The notes under the pieces were generated by a model. That model saw nothing but the letters and a program-made list of their open reading frames with translations, made no database searches and was not told where the DNA came from. 43,568 bases of DNA from Octopus bimaculoides (Eukaryota). The position numbers and the translations under genes were made by a program. Below are positions 11,034 through 22,930 of the stretch, one piece after another (the first letter of the stretch is position 1; each line of letters opens with the position of its first letter). The stretch spans positions 110,688,176-110,731,743 of the forward strand of contig NC_068985.1 of assembly GCF_001194135.2 (NCBI RefSeq). Reading direction: 5' to 3'.

Positions 11034-11245
11034 CAGTGGTGTCAAGTATACGACACGCAGCTATGTTTAGTCAGGTTTAATTTTATATTTTATAAGGAAA
11101 ATGTTTCGTTCCTTTTTAATTTAAGAAAAGAAAGTTCTTGCGGAATTTTTGATTTTGTATGTATGTATGTATGTATGTATGTATGTGTGTGTGCGTGTGT
11201 GTGTGTGCGCGCGTTCGCGTACATATAGGCACGCGAAATTTAATT

Positions 11246-11333
<88 letters not shown>

Positions 11334-11610
11334 CAGACAGACATATGTGTGTGTAATTATACACATACATAGATATGCACATGCAGACACACATACACCG
11401 TGCGACCATTTCTCATACATCTCTACTCACAGTTTTTGCTTACATCTTATATTTTCCCCCTTTCTTTATTCTTATTAAAATTATCATAAGGTATATTGAA
11501 CCCTATATCTATTAACTTTGTTTTGTCCCTGTCCGGCCTACGAGATCTGGGTAAACTAAATTCTGCAGGCCAAATCGGCCTTGCAAAACCAAACGAGGTT
11601 GACATCCCTG
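11034..11610. mobile_element. Possible hAT-type non-autonomous element (MITE) invaded by microsatellites
   Basis: Termini cagtggtgtcaa (11034) and ttgacatccctg (ends 11610) are imperfect inverted repeats of the CAG.GGTGTCAA type. The putative 8-bp TSD is poor (ctctaagt vs ctactggt). Confidence 0.4.
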
Positions 11611-11717
11611 CTACTGGTCCTCCTTGAGATTATTATCACCCTGGGGTTTGCTTCATACTCATGTTTTCCCTGCATAAAGAGGCTTTCCAACGTATTACGT
11701 ATTACATACATACATAC

Positions 11718-12153
11718 AAGAAAATAGCAACACTAAACTATTGAGAAATTTGCAGTTACTCTATCAAGATTATAATTTCAGGTGTATACCTGTAATCATT
11801 GGGGTACTGGCATATATAACACATTGCCTAAATACTAATCTTGAGAATTTAGGCTTCTCAAAACTAGGAAGGAGAAAGCTGGTTCGAAGACTACAGATTC
11901 AAGCCATTACTGGAACTGTGAATATCCGTAAAACTTTCCAGAAGTTTATCATTTAAGTATATAAAAACATGTTTAGACATGCAAATTTATGCTTGCGAAT
12001 ACATGCATAAAATAAAACATACAAATCTGCACATTTATTTACATACAAAAATATTCTGTTGATGTTGTTGAAATTCTAATGAAGGAGCCTTGGATCTAAG
12101 TTAAAAAACGGCTCTTTCTGTATTGGTATGAACTCTTGAAATAAAACTGAATA
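11718..12153 (+). mobile_element. 5'-truncated non-LTR retrotransposon 3' end (restriction-like endonuclease clade, R4/Dong-like): ORF C-terminus plus 3' UTR
   Basis: LRNLQLLYQDYNFRCIPVIIGVLAYITHCLNTNLENLGFSKLGRRKLVRRLQIQAITGTVNIRKTFQKFII* resembles the IPVIIGALG C-terminal motif of REL-type LINEs. Flanked by the direct repeat attacatacatacatac (11701-11717, 12154-12170). Confidence 0.75.
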
Positions 12154-13428
12154 ATTACATACATACATACATACATACGTACATACATATAATTTAATCT
12201 TGCATCAATAGAAATGGTGGTTATCAATTTCCAATTAATGAATAATAGGTCCCCTACACATACAAACAATCACCGGGATGTGAGGCAAATGTCACGTGTT
12301 AAATGTTTGCGACAAGAACTGCTTCCCCCACGGAAGCGATACGCAGCGTATGCGCAAAAACAAAACAATATTTCCTAGTTATTGAGACCAACTCAGTCAC
12401 ATAAGTCAGTCGAAATCAATTCTTATCTTTCATTGCATTATCTCCTGTGTGAGTAAGCATAAATCAAACATTGCATAGAGATAGAATGGTCTTATGTTAA
12501 TTCAACCCTGGTAATTACATCGCGGTAAATATATTACCTGGCAATTTTATCGCATGGTAAATACATCACGAGTTGATATATTCTCAATAGCCTCTTTCTC
12601 AAGTATTTTATCTGAATAGTAAGTACATTACTAAAAATGATTTAGAGTTTCTGTTCCAAAACAATATACATCATAAATGATTATAAAACTAGTGTTAAGA
12701 TTAAATAAATTCGGAATGTAGTTAAGAAATTTGACGCGTGTATGCGTTTGTGCTGATGTGTTTACGAATGTGCATGGGTTTGTTTTTGTGTGTGCGTGCG
12801 TGTATCGTTTGCAGAAAAATATATATATATCAACATGACAAATATGTATTCCATCGATTTGCTGTCATCAGTCATAAGTATGGAAGGATATCATTGACAT
12901 ATCTAAGAGTCTAAATAATTTCTTTATTAAACACTTAATCATTTTAAGTACTTTCATTGCTGAATGTCACGATTAAATTACAAAATAATCTATAAAGATA
13001 CAAAAGATGGAGGTATAATTTTCGTTTTTGTTTGTAATGTCGCTGGTTCTGCGAAGAAATTACAGCATAATCTAACATTTATTAAACTATAACTTCTGTT
13101 TATACACAATTTCTTCTGTTAATCTTTCCTAGTTAATAATTCAGTCTATTTCATTTACATTAGAACTAGATTCTAGTACGTTTGATACTCCATCATTATT
13201 CTAGACATCTTAATTGTACATGAATACATACATACTTATATACGGCCAGCCAAGCAGTAAATACTATACAAACCATTACACAGAATTTATGTTTCCATAA
13301 CTCAATTAAACTCTGGTACTACACAGACACACACGCACGCGCGCGCGCGCAACACAGACATATATAATATGTATATGTATGTATTTGTGTGTATAATAGC
13401 GAACATATACAATATTATATATGTAATA

Positions 13429-13467
<39 letters not shown>

Positions 13468-13693
13468 AGTGTACACACACACACACCTTATAAATGGAAC
13501 TGGTCTTAATTGTCATTTGATAATTGACACATCCTCAAAAGCAGAGATAATATTAATAAATCAAAAATTTATGTTGTACGATATTTGACATGTTTTTTTT
13601 TCTCGCTCTCTCTCCTCCTCTCCCTTGCTATACATATGTGTGTATGTTTGTGCGTGTGCATGTGTGTATGTATGTATGCGTGAATGCGTGCTT

Positions 13694-13698
13694 GTGTG

Positions 13699-13786
<88 letters not shown>
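13694..13786. repeat. (TG)n microsatellite
   Basis: Direct reading. Confidence 0.95.
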
Positions 13787-13792
<6 letters not shown>

Positions 13793-14606
13793 TATGGGTG
13801 TCTATGTTAAACATATGCAAAGCGTTTGTTGTCAGTTTGAAGCTACCAAGATATGCATCCACTCTATAGAAAAGAACACAAGTCTTAAGAATTTCTGAAT
13901 TATATAATCTTCCTGATTTATATCTTAATACCAAAACGGAGATATTCAGCTTGTGCGCACACGAGGGAAACGTCAGACTTAGACAATAGTCATACTTCAT
14001 TTCGACAGTGTTTCATTCAGGTATAAGATATAATTTTTACCGTCGTAAGCTATTTTGCTAAGTATTCTTTTATATCTTATCATTTTTGGTTATTTAATTA
14101 TAGATAATTATTTTAACATTTTATATTTAATTACGCAAAGTTTTCTAATGTTTCGGGTTTTTTTTGCGAACTCTTCCGGAATTTCTAATTTTTTTTTTAA
14201 TGAAATATTCACTCCTCTCTTTTCTGTCTTGCATTCACTCGACCTCTCTTCCTCTATTGCTTCATGAATTGCTGCAGTAATAAGTGCATGCTGGTGTGTA
14301 ACAATACACTTGTGCATATGTGTTATGTATGTGACACAGACAAACAGAATATGACAAGGGAGATAATGCGCTCTATGAAAAAGAAGGAAATATAGCCTCT
14401 TCCATAATGTATTAAAAAAAGAGAAACAATATGTATTTCCTGACTTCAAATTTCTTTATTATGGACAGGTTTTCTGGCCTTACGAACGTCCCAAGTATCT
14501 TCCATACTTCAGGATTTGAAACTGGTACTTGCCTTCCTGTCCAGGAAATTTAAAATATTTTCTGAAGCTCTGTTTACAGTCACACTCACACAAACAGAGG
14601 ATCATG

Positions 14607-14643
<37 letters not shown>

Positions 14644-14939
14644 ACTCACGCATTCACACACACGTAGATATATGTATGTGTGTATGAATGCAAATGTTTA
14701 TGCTTGTGTGTATGTGTGTGTGTGTGTGTGTATCTTCGTACATTAGTCGTAAGATATTTTTAATCTAACTTCTATTATAGCTTACGGCTACGCGATCAAA
14801 TTTAATTAACAAAACGTGTGTTTGTGCGTGAGTGTATAGCTGTGTGCGTGTATGAATGTTTGCGTGTGTCTGTCTGTTTCTGTATATAAGTATTCATTTA
14901 TCTGGTCGTTTCTCTCTCCCTCAGCGTGCGTGTATGTCT

Positions 14940-15350
14940 ATATGTGTGTGTGTATATATNNNNNNNNNNTGTGTGTGTGTGTGTACATACATATATATAT
15001 ATATATATATGCATACTTGCATATATATATATGCATACATGCATATATATATATATACACACATGTATACATATATGCATATATATATATATATATATAT
15101 ATATGTATACCTATCTATCTATGTCTCTCACTTTCTCTCTCTCTCTACATATATATACATATATATAGACATATATGTGTATATATATTCATATATTTAT
15201 ATGCACACATACATATATGTATATATACGTATAGGCATACATACATATATACATACATACATACATGCATACATACATACATACATATATACATATATAT
15301 ATACACACACGCACACACATATATATATACACACACGCATATATGTGCGT
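14940..15350. repeat. Compound (TA)/(TACA)/(TG)/(CT) microsatellite
   Basis: Direct reading. Confidence 0.9.
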
Positions 15351-15689
15351 AAGTGTCTGTAATATCTATGCATAACACACAAAATATGCAACCATGTATG
15401 TAGCTATAACAGGATATGTATTACACGATCGTCAATTATGTAAACAGGCCCGGAGTTCAAATAGCCGGAGGCCCACTAGAAGATCAAACACCTCTTAAAG
15501 CAGCAAACCATCATAAATTGCTGCATTAGTTTTTAAGACACCTAAAATACAGTTTCGTTGTTCTCGTTAAAAACTGGTTGTGCTGGTGCTGTAGTGTGCT
15601 TTGGGTTGTGCTGTTAGTAATGTTTGTTGGTGCGGCTGCGTAGAGGAATCGTAGCAGTAAATGGTATATGGTGGTTTGTTATATTTTAT

Positions 15690-15920
15690 CTCGTATTCTT
15701 AAACTATTCTCAGTCGTTAGAAGTGCGGTCATGCTTGGGCACCACCTAAACGAGTTTTAGTCGAACTACTTGACCCCAGTACACATTTTTTTTTTGCTTT
15801 GAACCTCTTATTTTATCGGTGTCTCTATTGCCGAACTGCTAAGTTACGGGAACGTAAACACACCAACACCGGTTCTCAAGCGGTGGTAGAGTACAAAACA
15901 TACACATATACACACACTCA
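15690..15920 (-). mobile_element. Old SINE family A 3' half
   Basis: Diverged match to the family A tail (tttatcggtgtctctattgccgaactgctaagttacgggaacgtaaacacaccaacaccggtt). Confidence 0.7.
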
Positions 15921-15945
15921 AACATACTATATGAACCTATCAATC

Positions 15946-16090
15946 TATTAAGTTGGCAACTAAGTTCCCGCCGTTTTGTGAAATTTAAATTTTTTAAAAG
16001 GTTTAATAAAAAATAACAAACTAAATAATCAATAATGTATTCACCCTTGTTGTTTGCAACTTCTCCCCAACGATGGCTTTTCTGACCGAA
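15946..16090 (-). mobile_element. Mariner 3' end: transposase C-terminal remnant plus terminal inverted repeat
   Basis: TA followed by ttaagttggcaactaagttcccgccgtttt (mariner-like TIR). Minus-strand peptide RWGEVANNKGEYIID matches the mariner C-terminal RW..V....GEY motif. Confidence 0.7.
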
Positions 16091-16206
16091 ACTCCGAAGT
16101 CACTGTCAATAATATTCTTGTTTATGAATAATAAATTTGTACTCTGCAGAAGTATGTAAAGTTATTTTTATTATAACTGAACATAAAAGTAAACATCAAT
16201 ATCCAT

Positions 16207-16207
16207 T

Positions 16208-16282
<75 letters not shown>
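16207..16282. repeat. (TAA)n microsatellite; others at 36392-36448, and (CAA)n at 35694-35730
   Basis: Direct reading. Confidence 0.95.
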
Positions 16283-16432
16283 TATATANNNNNNNNNNNN
16301 NNNNNNNNNNNNNNNNNNNNNNNNNNNNNNNNNNNNNNNNNNNNNNNNNNNNNNNNNNNNNNNNNNNNNNNNNNNNNNNNNNNNNNNNNNNNNNNNNNNN
16401 NNNNNNNNNNNNNNNNNNNNNNNNNNNNNNNN

Positions 16433-16600
16433 TATATATAGTTGAAATTAACAGAAAAACAAAAGACGAAGACAGGTGTATAAACAACAAGCAGGTGTAG
16501 TAGTTTGACGCTCTGGAAGGCGAGAAAGTCTTTTACGTTTCGAGCCTACGCTCTTCAACAGAAAGGAAATAAACAGAGAGAGAATAAAAAAATTTTAAAA
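16433..16600 (-). mobile_element. Penelope-like-element-type terminal repeat fragment (second copy)
   Basis: Reverse-complement homolog of 6437-6599. Confidence 0.6.
16529..16565 (-). ncRNA. Atypical minimal type I hammerhead-like motif (second copy)
   Basis: Minus strand: cttt CTGTTGA A gagc-gtag-gctc GAAA C GTA aaag(a); 4-bp stem I, GUA site. Confidence 0.45.
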
Positions 16601-16643
16601 ACTTTTGGAGTTAGCAGTCAACCATGGGAATACACGAGTCTAG

Positions 16644-16723
16644 ATTAACTCATACATATATTAAATCATACATATATTAAATCATACATATATTAAATCA
16701 TACATATATTAACTCATACATAT
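16644..16723. repeat. 16-bp minisatellite x5 (attaa[a/c]tcatacatat)
   Basis: Five exact-period units; the first and last have C and the middle three have A at position 6. Confidence 0.95.
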
Positions 16724-17133
16724 ATGTATGTACGTATGTAAGTATGTATGTATAGGTGTGTTTGTATATACATATATGTATGTGTATATATAAACCATGT
16801 ATAATGTATATTTACACATATATAGGTGGTAATATTGCACACACACATACACAGACACACACCTACATAGAGTGACAGCTGTGACGCATGAATGAGTATG
16901 ACTCGTTGATATGTAGTATGCTTTCGCTAACCGTTTTAGATGCCTATGTAGACACGAGCAGACACCTCGGGTCTATCACCTTTTGACAGAGCAGTACATC
17001 AAGGAAGTGTCAGGTACAGGGAGGGAGAAAGAAGGGTGGAGATGTGTGTGAGAAGGAGGAGGAGGTGAGAGAGAGAAGTGAGCGAGAGAGGTCAGAGAAA
17101 AGGAGTGAGAGACAGTGAGAGACAGTGAGAGTA

Positions 17134-17290
<157 letters not shown>

Positions 17291-17658
17291 TGCAGTAGCA
17301 CTTGGTTGCTACTCAATTTCAGCCGTGTAGAATGGAGAAAAGTATAATGCAGTTCTTTGTCCAAGGCACGACAAGCCGGCTGGTCACATGACGTAATGAC
17401 TATGAGATCAACACTCTAACCACAAGGCCGCGCATCTTCACAAACACACGCACACACACATTGGTGCGTATCACAAGATTATAATATCATGCAAAACGTG
17501 GATATTTGTTGCTAGTAGTCAGAATGCCAACATTCTAATTGTATTAGGCTCAATTAATCTAAGCTCATTTATTCCCAATATTTTGTTAATATAAACTAAT
17601 CTTTATGGTTTCTCAACAGAGATAATTAAAAAATGCGCGATCTTAATATACTGTGCTA

Positions 17659-17800
17659 GGGCGCTTGGCCTAGTGGTCTGGGTGTTGTACTCACGATCGC
17701 AAAATCGGGGTTTCAATTCCATGATCGGATGGTGCGTTGTGTTCTTGAGCAAAACATGCAATTTCACGTTGCTCAGCGATCACTTCAATATCTGACGTTT
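17659..17800 (+). mobile_element. tRNA-derived SINE family E, diverged
   Basis: ggcgcttggcctagtggt (A box)...ggtttcaattcc (B box)...gttgtgttcttgagcaaaac..atttcacgttgctc. Confidence 0.7.
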
Positions 17801-18118
17801 TGTACACCGTTTACCTGTGATACACCGTTCAGGCAACGTCGGTTTGATGGAGGAAATGAGCACATAGTTCTGATCACTATAAACAAAGCATTTGTGAAGG
17901 TTATTTTCAGCAAGAAATTGCAGAACCGTCCTTCTCCGACTATATAAGATCACAACCATAGTCATCTCAAAGTTCCCGAAAGTAATATTCCACGTTGAGC
18001 CGTGGGCTCCTAACTCCTTGAGGGAGTCTTAAGGGCGCCGTCGTCATATATGGCGTGTCTTGGGTAATTTTAGAGCAGGTAAAGCCCATCTCCAAATCAG
18101 GTTTGACCACGGCCGATT

Positions 18119-18454
18119 CTTGTTGTTGTTGGCACTCCGTCGCTTACGACGTCGAGGGTTCCAGTTGATCCGATCAACGGAACAGCCTGCTCGTGAAATT
18201 AACGTGCAAGTGGCTGAGCACTCCACAAACACGTGTACCTTTAACGCAGTTCTGGGGGATATTCAGCGTGACACAGTGTGACAAGGCTGGCCCTTTGAAT
18301 TACAGGCACAACAGAAACAGGAAGTAAGAGTGAGAGAAAGTTGTGGTGAACGAGTACAGCAGGGTTCGCCACCATCCCCTGCCGGAGCCTCGTGGAGTTT
18401 TAGGTGTTTTCGCTCAATAAACACTCACAACGCCCGGTCTGGGAATCGAAACCG
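18119..18454 (-). mobile_element. SINE with long body, head cut at the B-box by (TATG)n
   Basis: Minus strand starts ggtttcgattcccagaccggg and ends in a (caa)n tail. A degraded homolog lies at 29688-29865. Confidence 0.75.
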
Positions 18455-18534
18455 TATGTATGTATGTATGTATGTATGTATGTATGTATGTATGTATGTA
18501 TATAGGGGTGTGTATGCGTGGTTGTAGAAACATA

Positions 18535-18958
18535 CCGTAAATCCTCGAGTATAATCCGCACTTTTTCCCAAAATTTAAAGGTCAAAATTTCTAGTGCGTA
18601 CTATATACGAGGTTAAAAATGAAAAATATTTTCTAGGCAAACTTTTCTAAGTGATAAATATGTAAAGGCAATTTACTTAATATTTATTTTTCACTGGCGT
18701 TATTAATGTTATTTATTTATTTTCTGCAAACAAAGTGCGCAAAAAAGCTACACGTTTGCACTATGTTATATATACAATAATAATAAAGGACGTTACTGTA
18801 TATATTTTTACAAACCAAGGGTATTATATAGACCCCCTTGACTCAAGTTAGAGAAGGGGTGCGTATTATACACAAGGTTTAGGTTTTTCAGAGGTAAAAC
18901 CCCCTAAAAATCCCCTGCGTATTATATCCAAGGGCGGACTATACTCGAGGATTTATGG
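18535..18958. mobile_element. Tc1/mariner-superfamily MITE (Tc2/pogo-like CCGTA termini), TA target duplication
   Basis: 25-bp TIRs ccgtaaatcctcgagtataatccgc / gcggactatactcgaggatttatgg (23/25 complementary), flanked by TA at 18533-34 and 18959-60; no ORF. Confidence 0.85.
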
Positions 18959-19152
18959 TATTTTTAAATACGTTTCTTTGGACTTAAAAACACGCATAGA
19001 GATATTCATATATATTTACATGGACCTGCATAAACATGTATACTTGCACGCGTATTATTAGTGAGAAGGTACAAGGGAAATAGAAGGAAGCAGAGGCAAG
19101 TAAACAAATGCTTAAAAGTGAATGAGTAGGTAGGTAGATAGATAGATAGATC

Positions 19153-19193
<41 letters not shown>

Positions 19194-19295
19194 TACAGAC
19201 AGAAAAAAGGAGAGAAAGAGAAAGAAGGACAAATAGGGACAAACGGAAAGAGGGAGAGAGAAAGGAAAATTTAAACGATTGTATGAGTGAGAGAA

Positions 19296-19328
<33 letters not shown>

Positions 19329-20533
19329 AAGAAGGAGGGATCATCTAACGAGTGAGTGTGAGAGACGAAGTGAATGTGTGTGTGCGCTTGCGCACGCGTG
19401 TGTTTGCGAGAGAGAGTGAGTGAGACAGAGATAGAGAGAGTGTGATTGAGAAAAGGGAGAAAGCATAGTAAAAAGAAGAAAGTATTTGAGAAGAGCTGGT
19501 GGTAAAAAAATGTGATAATCACGTGACATCCGACACTTAACGTACCCGGATGAACTTTGCCTGAGGCCATCATTAAAAAGCGGCCATATTAGTACATAGT
19601 TCCTCTTTTGTTGTTCTTGTTGCTTTCAGTTATTTTTATGTTATTTTCTCTCTAATTTCCTTTATATCTGTTATTGCTGTAGTTAAATACCAGCTTCTTG
19701 ATATAGTCGTCCGTATGTGGCTTTCATTTCTTTTGTTTGTCTTATTATTGGTTGAGGAGATTGCCAATGTCGTGGGGCTGTGGCGTGTAAAGTTGTGGTA
19801 TGGAGAACAAGACGCCGAAGTACTAAAATATTGGGTCATTTTTTTTTTCAATGGAAGATATATCCTCCATTATTTGGTTTAAATCTCATTTAAAAATAGT
19901 TGAGTTTTACTCCATCGTTTTATCATACGAAATACGAAAATATGGAAAGTGTAAATTAGAACAGGAGCCGATTTCGCCTCGTGTTTGATATTTAGAAAGA
20001 GAGAAGTAGATGTAAGAGGCAGCTGGACTACTTGGGTAGCTCATTCATTGCATCTGAAATATATATATATATATATATATATANNNNNNNNNNNNNNNNN
20101 NNNNNNNNNNNNNNNNNNNNNNNNNNNNNNNNNNNNNNNNNNNNNNNNNNNNNNNNNNNNNNNNNNNNNNNNNNNNNNNNNNNNNNNNNNNNNNNNNNNN
20201 NNNNNNNNNNNNNNNNNNNNNNNNNNNNNNNNNNNNNNNNNNNNNNNNNNNNNNNNNNNNNNNNNNNNNNNNNNNNNNNNNNNNNNNNNNNNNNNNNNNN
20301 NNNNNNNNNNNNNNNNNNNNNNNNNNNNNNNNNNNNNNNNNNNNNNNNNNNNNNNNNNNNNNNNNNNNNNNNNNNNNNNNNNNNNNNNNNNNNNNNNNNN
20401 NNNNNNNNNNNNNNNNNNNNNNNNNNNNNNNNNNNNNNNNNNNNNNNNNNNNNNNNNNNNNNNNNNNNNNNNNNNNNNNNNNNNNNNNNNNNNNNNNNNN
20501 NNNNNNNNNNNNNNNNNNNNNNNNNNNNNNNNN

Positions 20534-20541
20534 CTGTCGTA

Positions 20542-20582
<41 letters not shown>

Positions 20583-20800
20583 GTGTGCTTGTGTGTCTGT
20601 GTTTGTCCCCCCAACATCGCTTGACAACCGATGCTGGTGTGTTTACGTCCCCGTAACTTAGCGGTTCGGCAAAAGAGACCGATAGAATAAGTACTAGGCT
20701 TACAAAGAATAAGTCCTGGGGTCGATTTGCTCGACTAAAGGCGGTGCTCCAGCATGGCCGCAGTCAAATGACTGAAACAAGTAAAAGAGTAAAAGAGAGT
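20534..20800 (+). mobile_element. SINE family A, 3' half (head lost in the gap or absent)
   Basis: Near-identical to 37805-38063. Confidence 0.9.
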
Positions 20801-20919
20801 ATATATAAATATATGCATATATCCATACATATATGTATATACCTACATATATATGCATATATATACATGCATATATGGGTACATGAGATAAAAAAAAACG
20901 TTGAAGACAATGAGAAACG

Positions 20920-21327
20920 AAAATATAAAAACAAAAACGTATAAAACGAACTTTTTTTCGAACAACGAAAAAAAACAGAGAAACGAGACATGCAACATAA
21001 AGAGTATGCCCCTTCGTCAGTTGTCCATGTTTCATCTACTCCGCGTTTCGATACAGGAATACAAAAAATGGGACAAGAACGCAAAACATCCAGACAGCTA
21101 GATGATACAATAAAAGGGACAACAAAGCATCGAGACAGATGATACAAAAGAGGGACCAGAAAAAACACGGACGGGTCACTCGAAGTTTTCTTTCCTCAGT
21201 CGAGTTCCAGATTATCTTTGCAATTTCGGCTGGTTATACTCGAGATTGCTCCAATCTGGCCAGCACCGAGTAGAATTAAGTTAAGAGCATTATATTCCTT
21301 GGAAGAAAGCACCGAATGTATGCGAAA
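20920..21327 (-). mobile_element. Possible PLE-type or other interspersed repeat remnant
   Basis: Minus strand carries cgaaacgcg and ctgacgaagggg motifs reminiscent of PLE terminal repeats. No intact ribozyme fold was found. Confidence 0.3.
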
Positions 21328-21349
21328 ACACACACACACACACACACAT

Positions 21350-21434
<85 letters not shown>

Positions 21435-21506
21435 CATATATATATATATAAATATATATACAGATACATATATGTATACGCGTATATATACAGGTGTATA
21501 TATGTA

Positions 21507-21567
<61 letters not shown>

Positions 21568-21670
21568 GTATATATATATATGCATATACATGTTTATATA
21601 TATATATACAGGTATATCTACATATACATACATCCATATATATGTATATACATATGTATATGTGTATACG

Positions 21671-21749
<79 letters not shown>

Positions 21750-21780
21750 GCGTGTATGTATGCGTATGTGTTTGTGTTGT
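21328..21780. repeat. Compound (CA)/(TA)/(CA)/(TA) microsatellite
   Basis: Direct reading. Confidence 0.95.
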
Positions 21781-22539
21781 GTTTAGCGCTGTAAAACTGT
21801 ACTTCATGGAATCACTTGACATCAAAACACAAAGGTTAACCGAGCCATCCGATAAACGGTAAAAGACAGAATAAATACCAGACTGTAATATATATGTGTG
21901 GATGTGATTGAAAGCCTCGAAAGTGGTGGTCTTACTTGACTACAATCCAATGACTGACATCAGTGAAAGAATAAATCAGTAAAAGATATATACTGAATGA
22001 AGCAAGGATTTTTTTTTTCCGAAATAGTTCCAGAATTTGGTGTTGCGTGTATCGAAGCTTAATCAGTGGGACATGGTTTATGAGAGGTGGTCATATATCA
22101 TAGGCCAAATATCAGACAAGCTATAAAGAAGATTGTTTGTCTATAGAAAATTATCGACCTTGCATGCAAAGTGTGGGTTAAATAGGTAAGTAATTGGGGT
22201 CAGGCGTTCGTTTCACGAAATATTTCACTGTACTCACGCGGATGTAGTCGCATACAGTCACACACGTGCAACATAAATGCACACATACGCACGCACACAC
22301 ACACACATCAAGCCATACGTGCGTGCATAAATCACTCCAGAGTTATACACACACGTATATATATATATATATATATAAATATTTATCACGCATCATGCAT
22401 ACATACAGTGCATAAATAAGATGTTATACATAGCTCAAACACACGCACCGTATATACATATAAGTAGCACACAAACGTAAACACATACACAACATATAAA
22501 ATTACTTACAAAATAGTACATACACACACATACACAGCG

Positions 22540-22540
<1 letters not shown>

Positions 22541-22595
<55 letters not shown>

Positions 22596-22791
22596 TTATC
22601 TATCTGTCGGTCTATCTATCTGTCTGTCTGCCTGCCTGTTTGTCTGTCTCTCTGTCACACACACACTCTCTCTCATGTATATATGTGTGTGTGTGTGTAT
22701 ACATACGTACAAACATACAGACATGCACATGAACACAATGTTAACATGCGAATACGCACAAAATACACATACACAAGACAAATACGCCCAT

Positions 22792-22860
<69 letters not shown>

Positions 22861-22930
22861 CATACATACATATATATATATACATACATACATATATATA
22901 TATATATACATACATACATATATATATATA
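22541..22930. repeat. (TATC)n, (TGTC)n, (CA)n and (TACA)/(TA) microsatellite cluster
   Basis: Direct reading. Confidence 0.9.

Noticed and set aside
14108-14449. 113-aa minus ORF (…HALITAAIHEAIEEER…)
   Set aside because: Largely poly-A/T-driven composition with no recognisable domain and no convincing pair of splice sites.
16644-16723. Regular short repeats as a possible CRISPR array (also 42306-42485)
   Set aside because: The units are head-to-tail with no unique spacers, there are no cas genes, and the context is eukaryotic.
21010-21330. Hammerhead-like pieces (ctgacgaagggg and cgaaacgcg on minus; ttggaagaaagca...tgcgaaaac on plus)
   Set aside because: I could not assemble stems I-III in a consistent topology; at most these are degenerate remnants.
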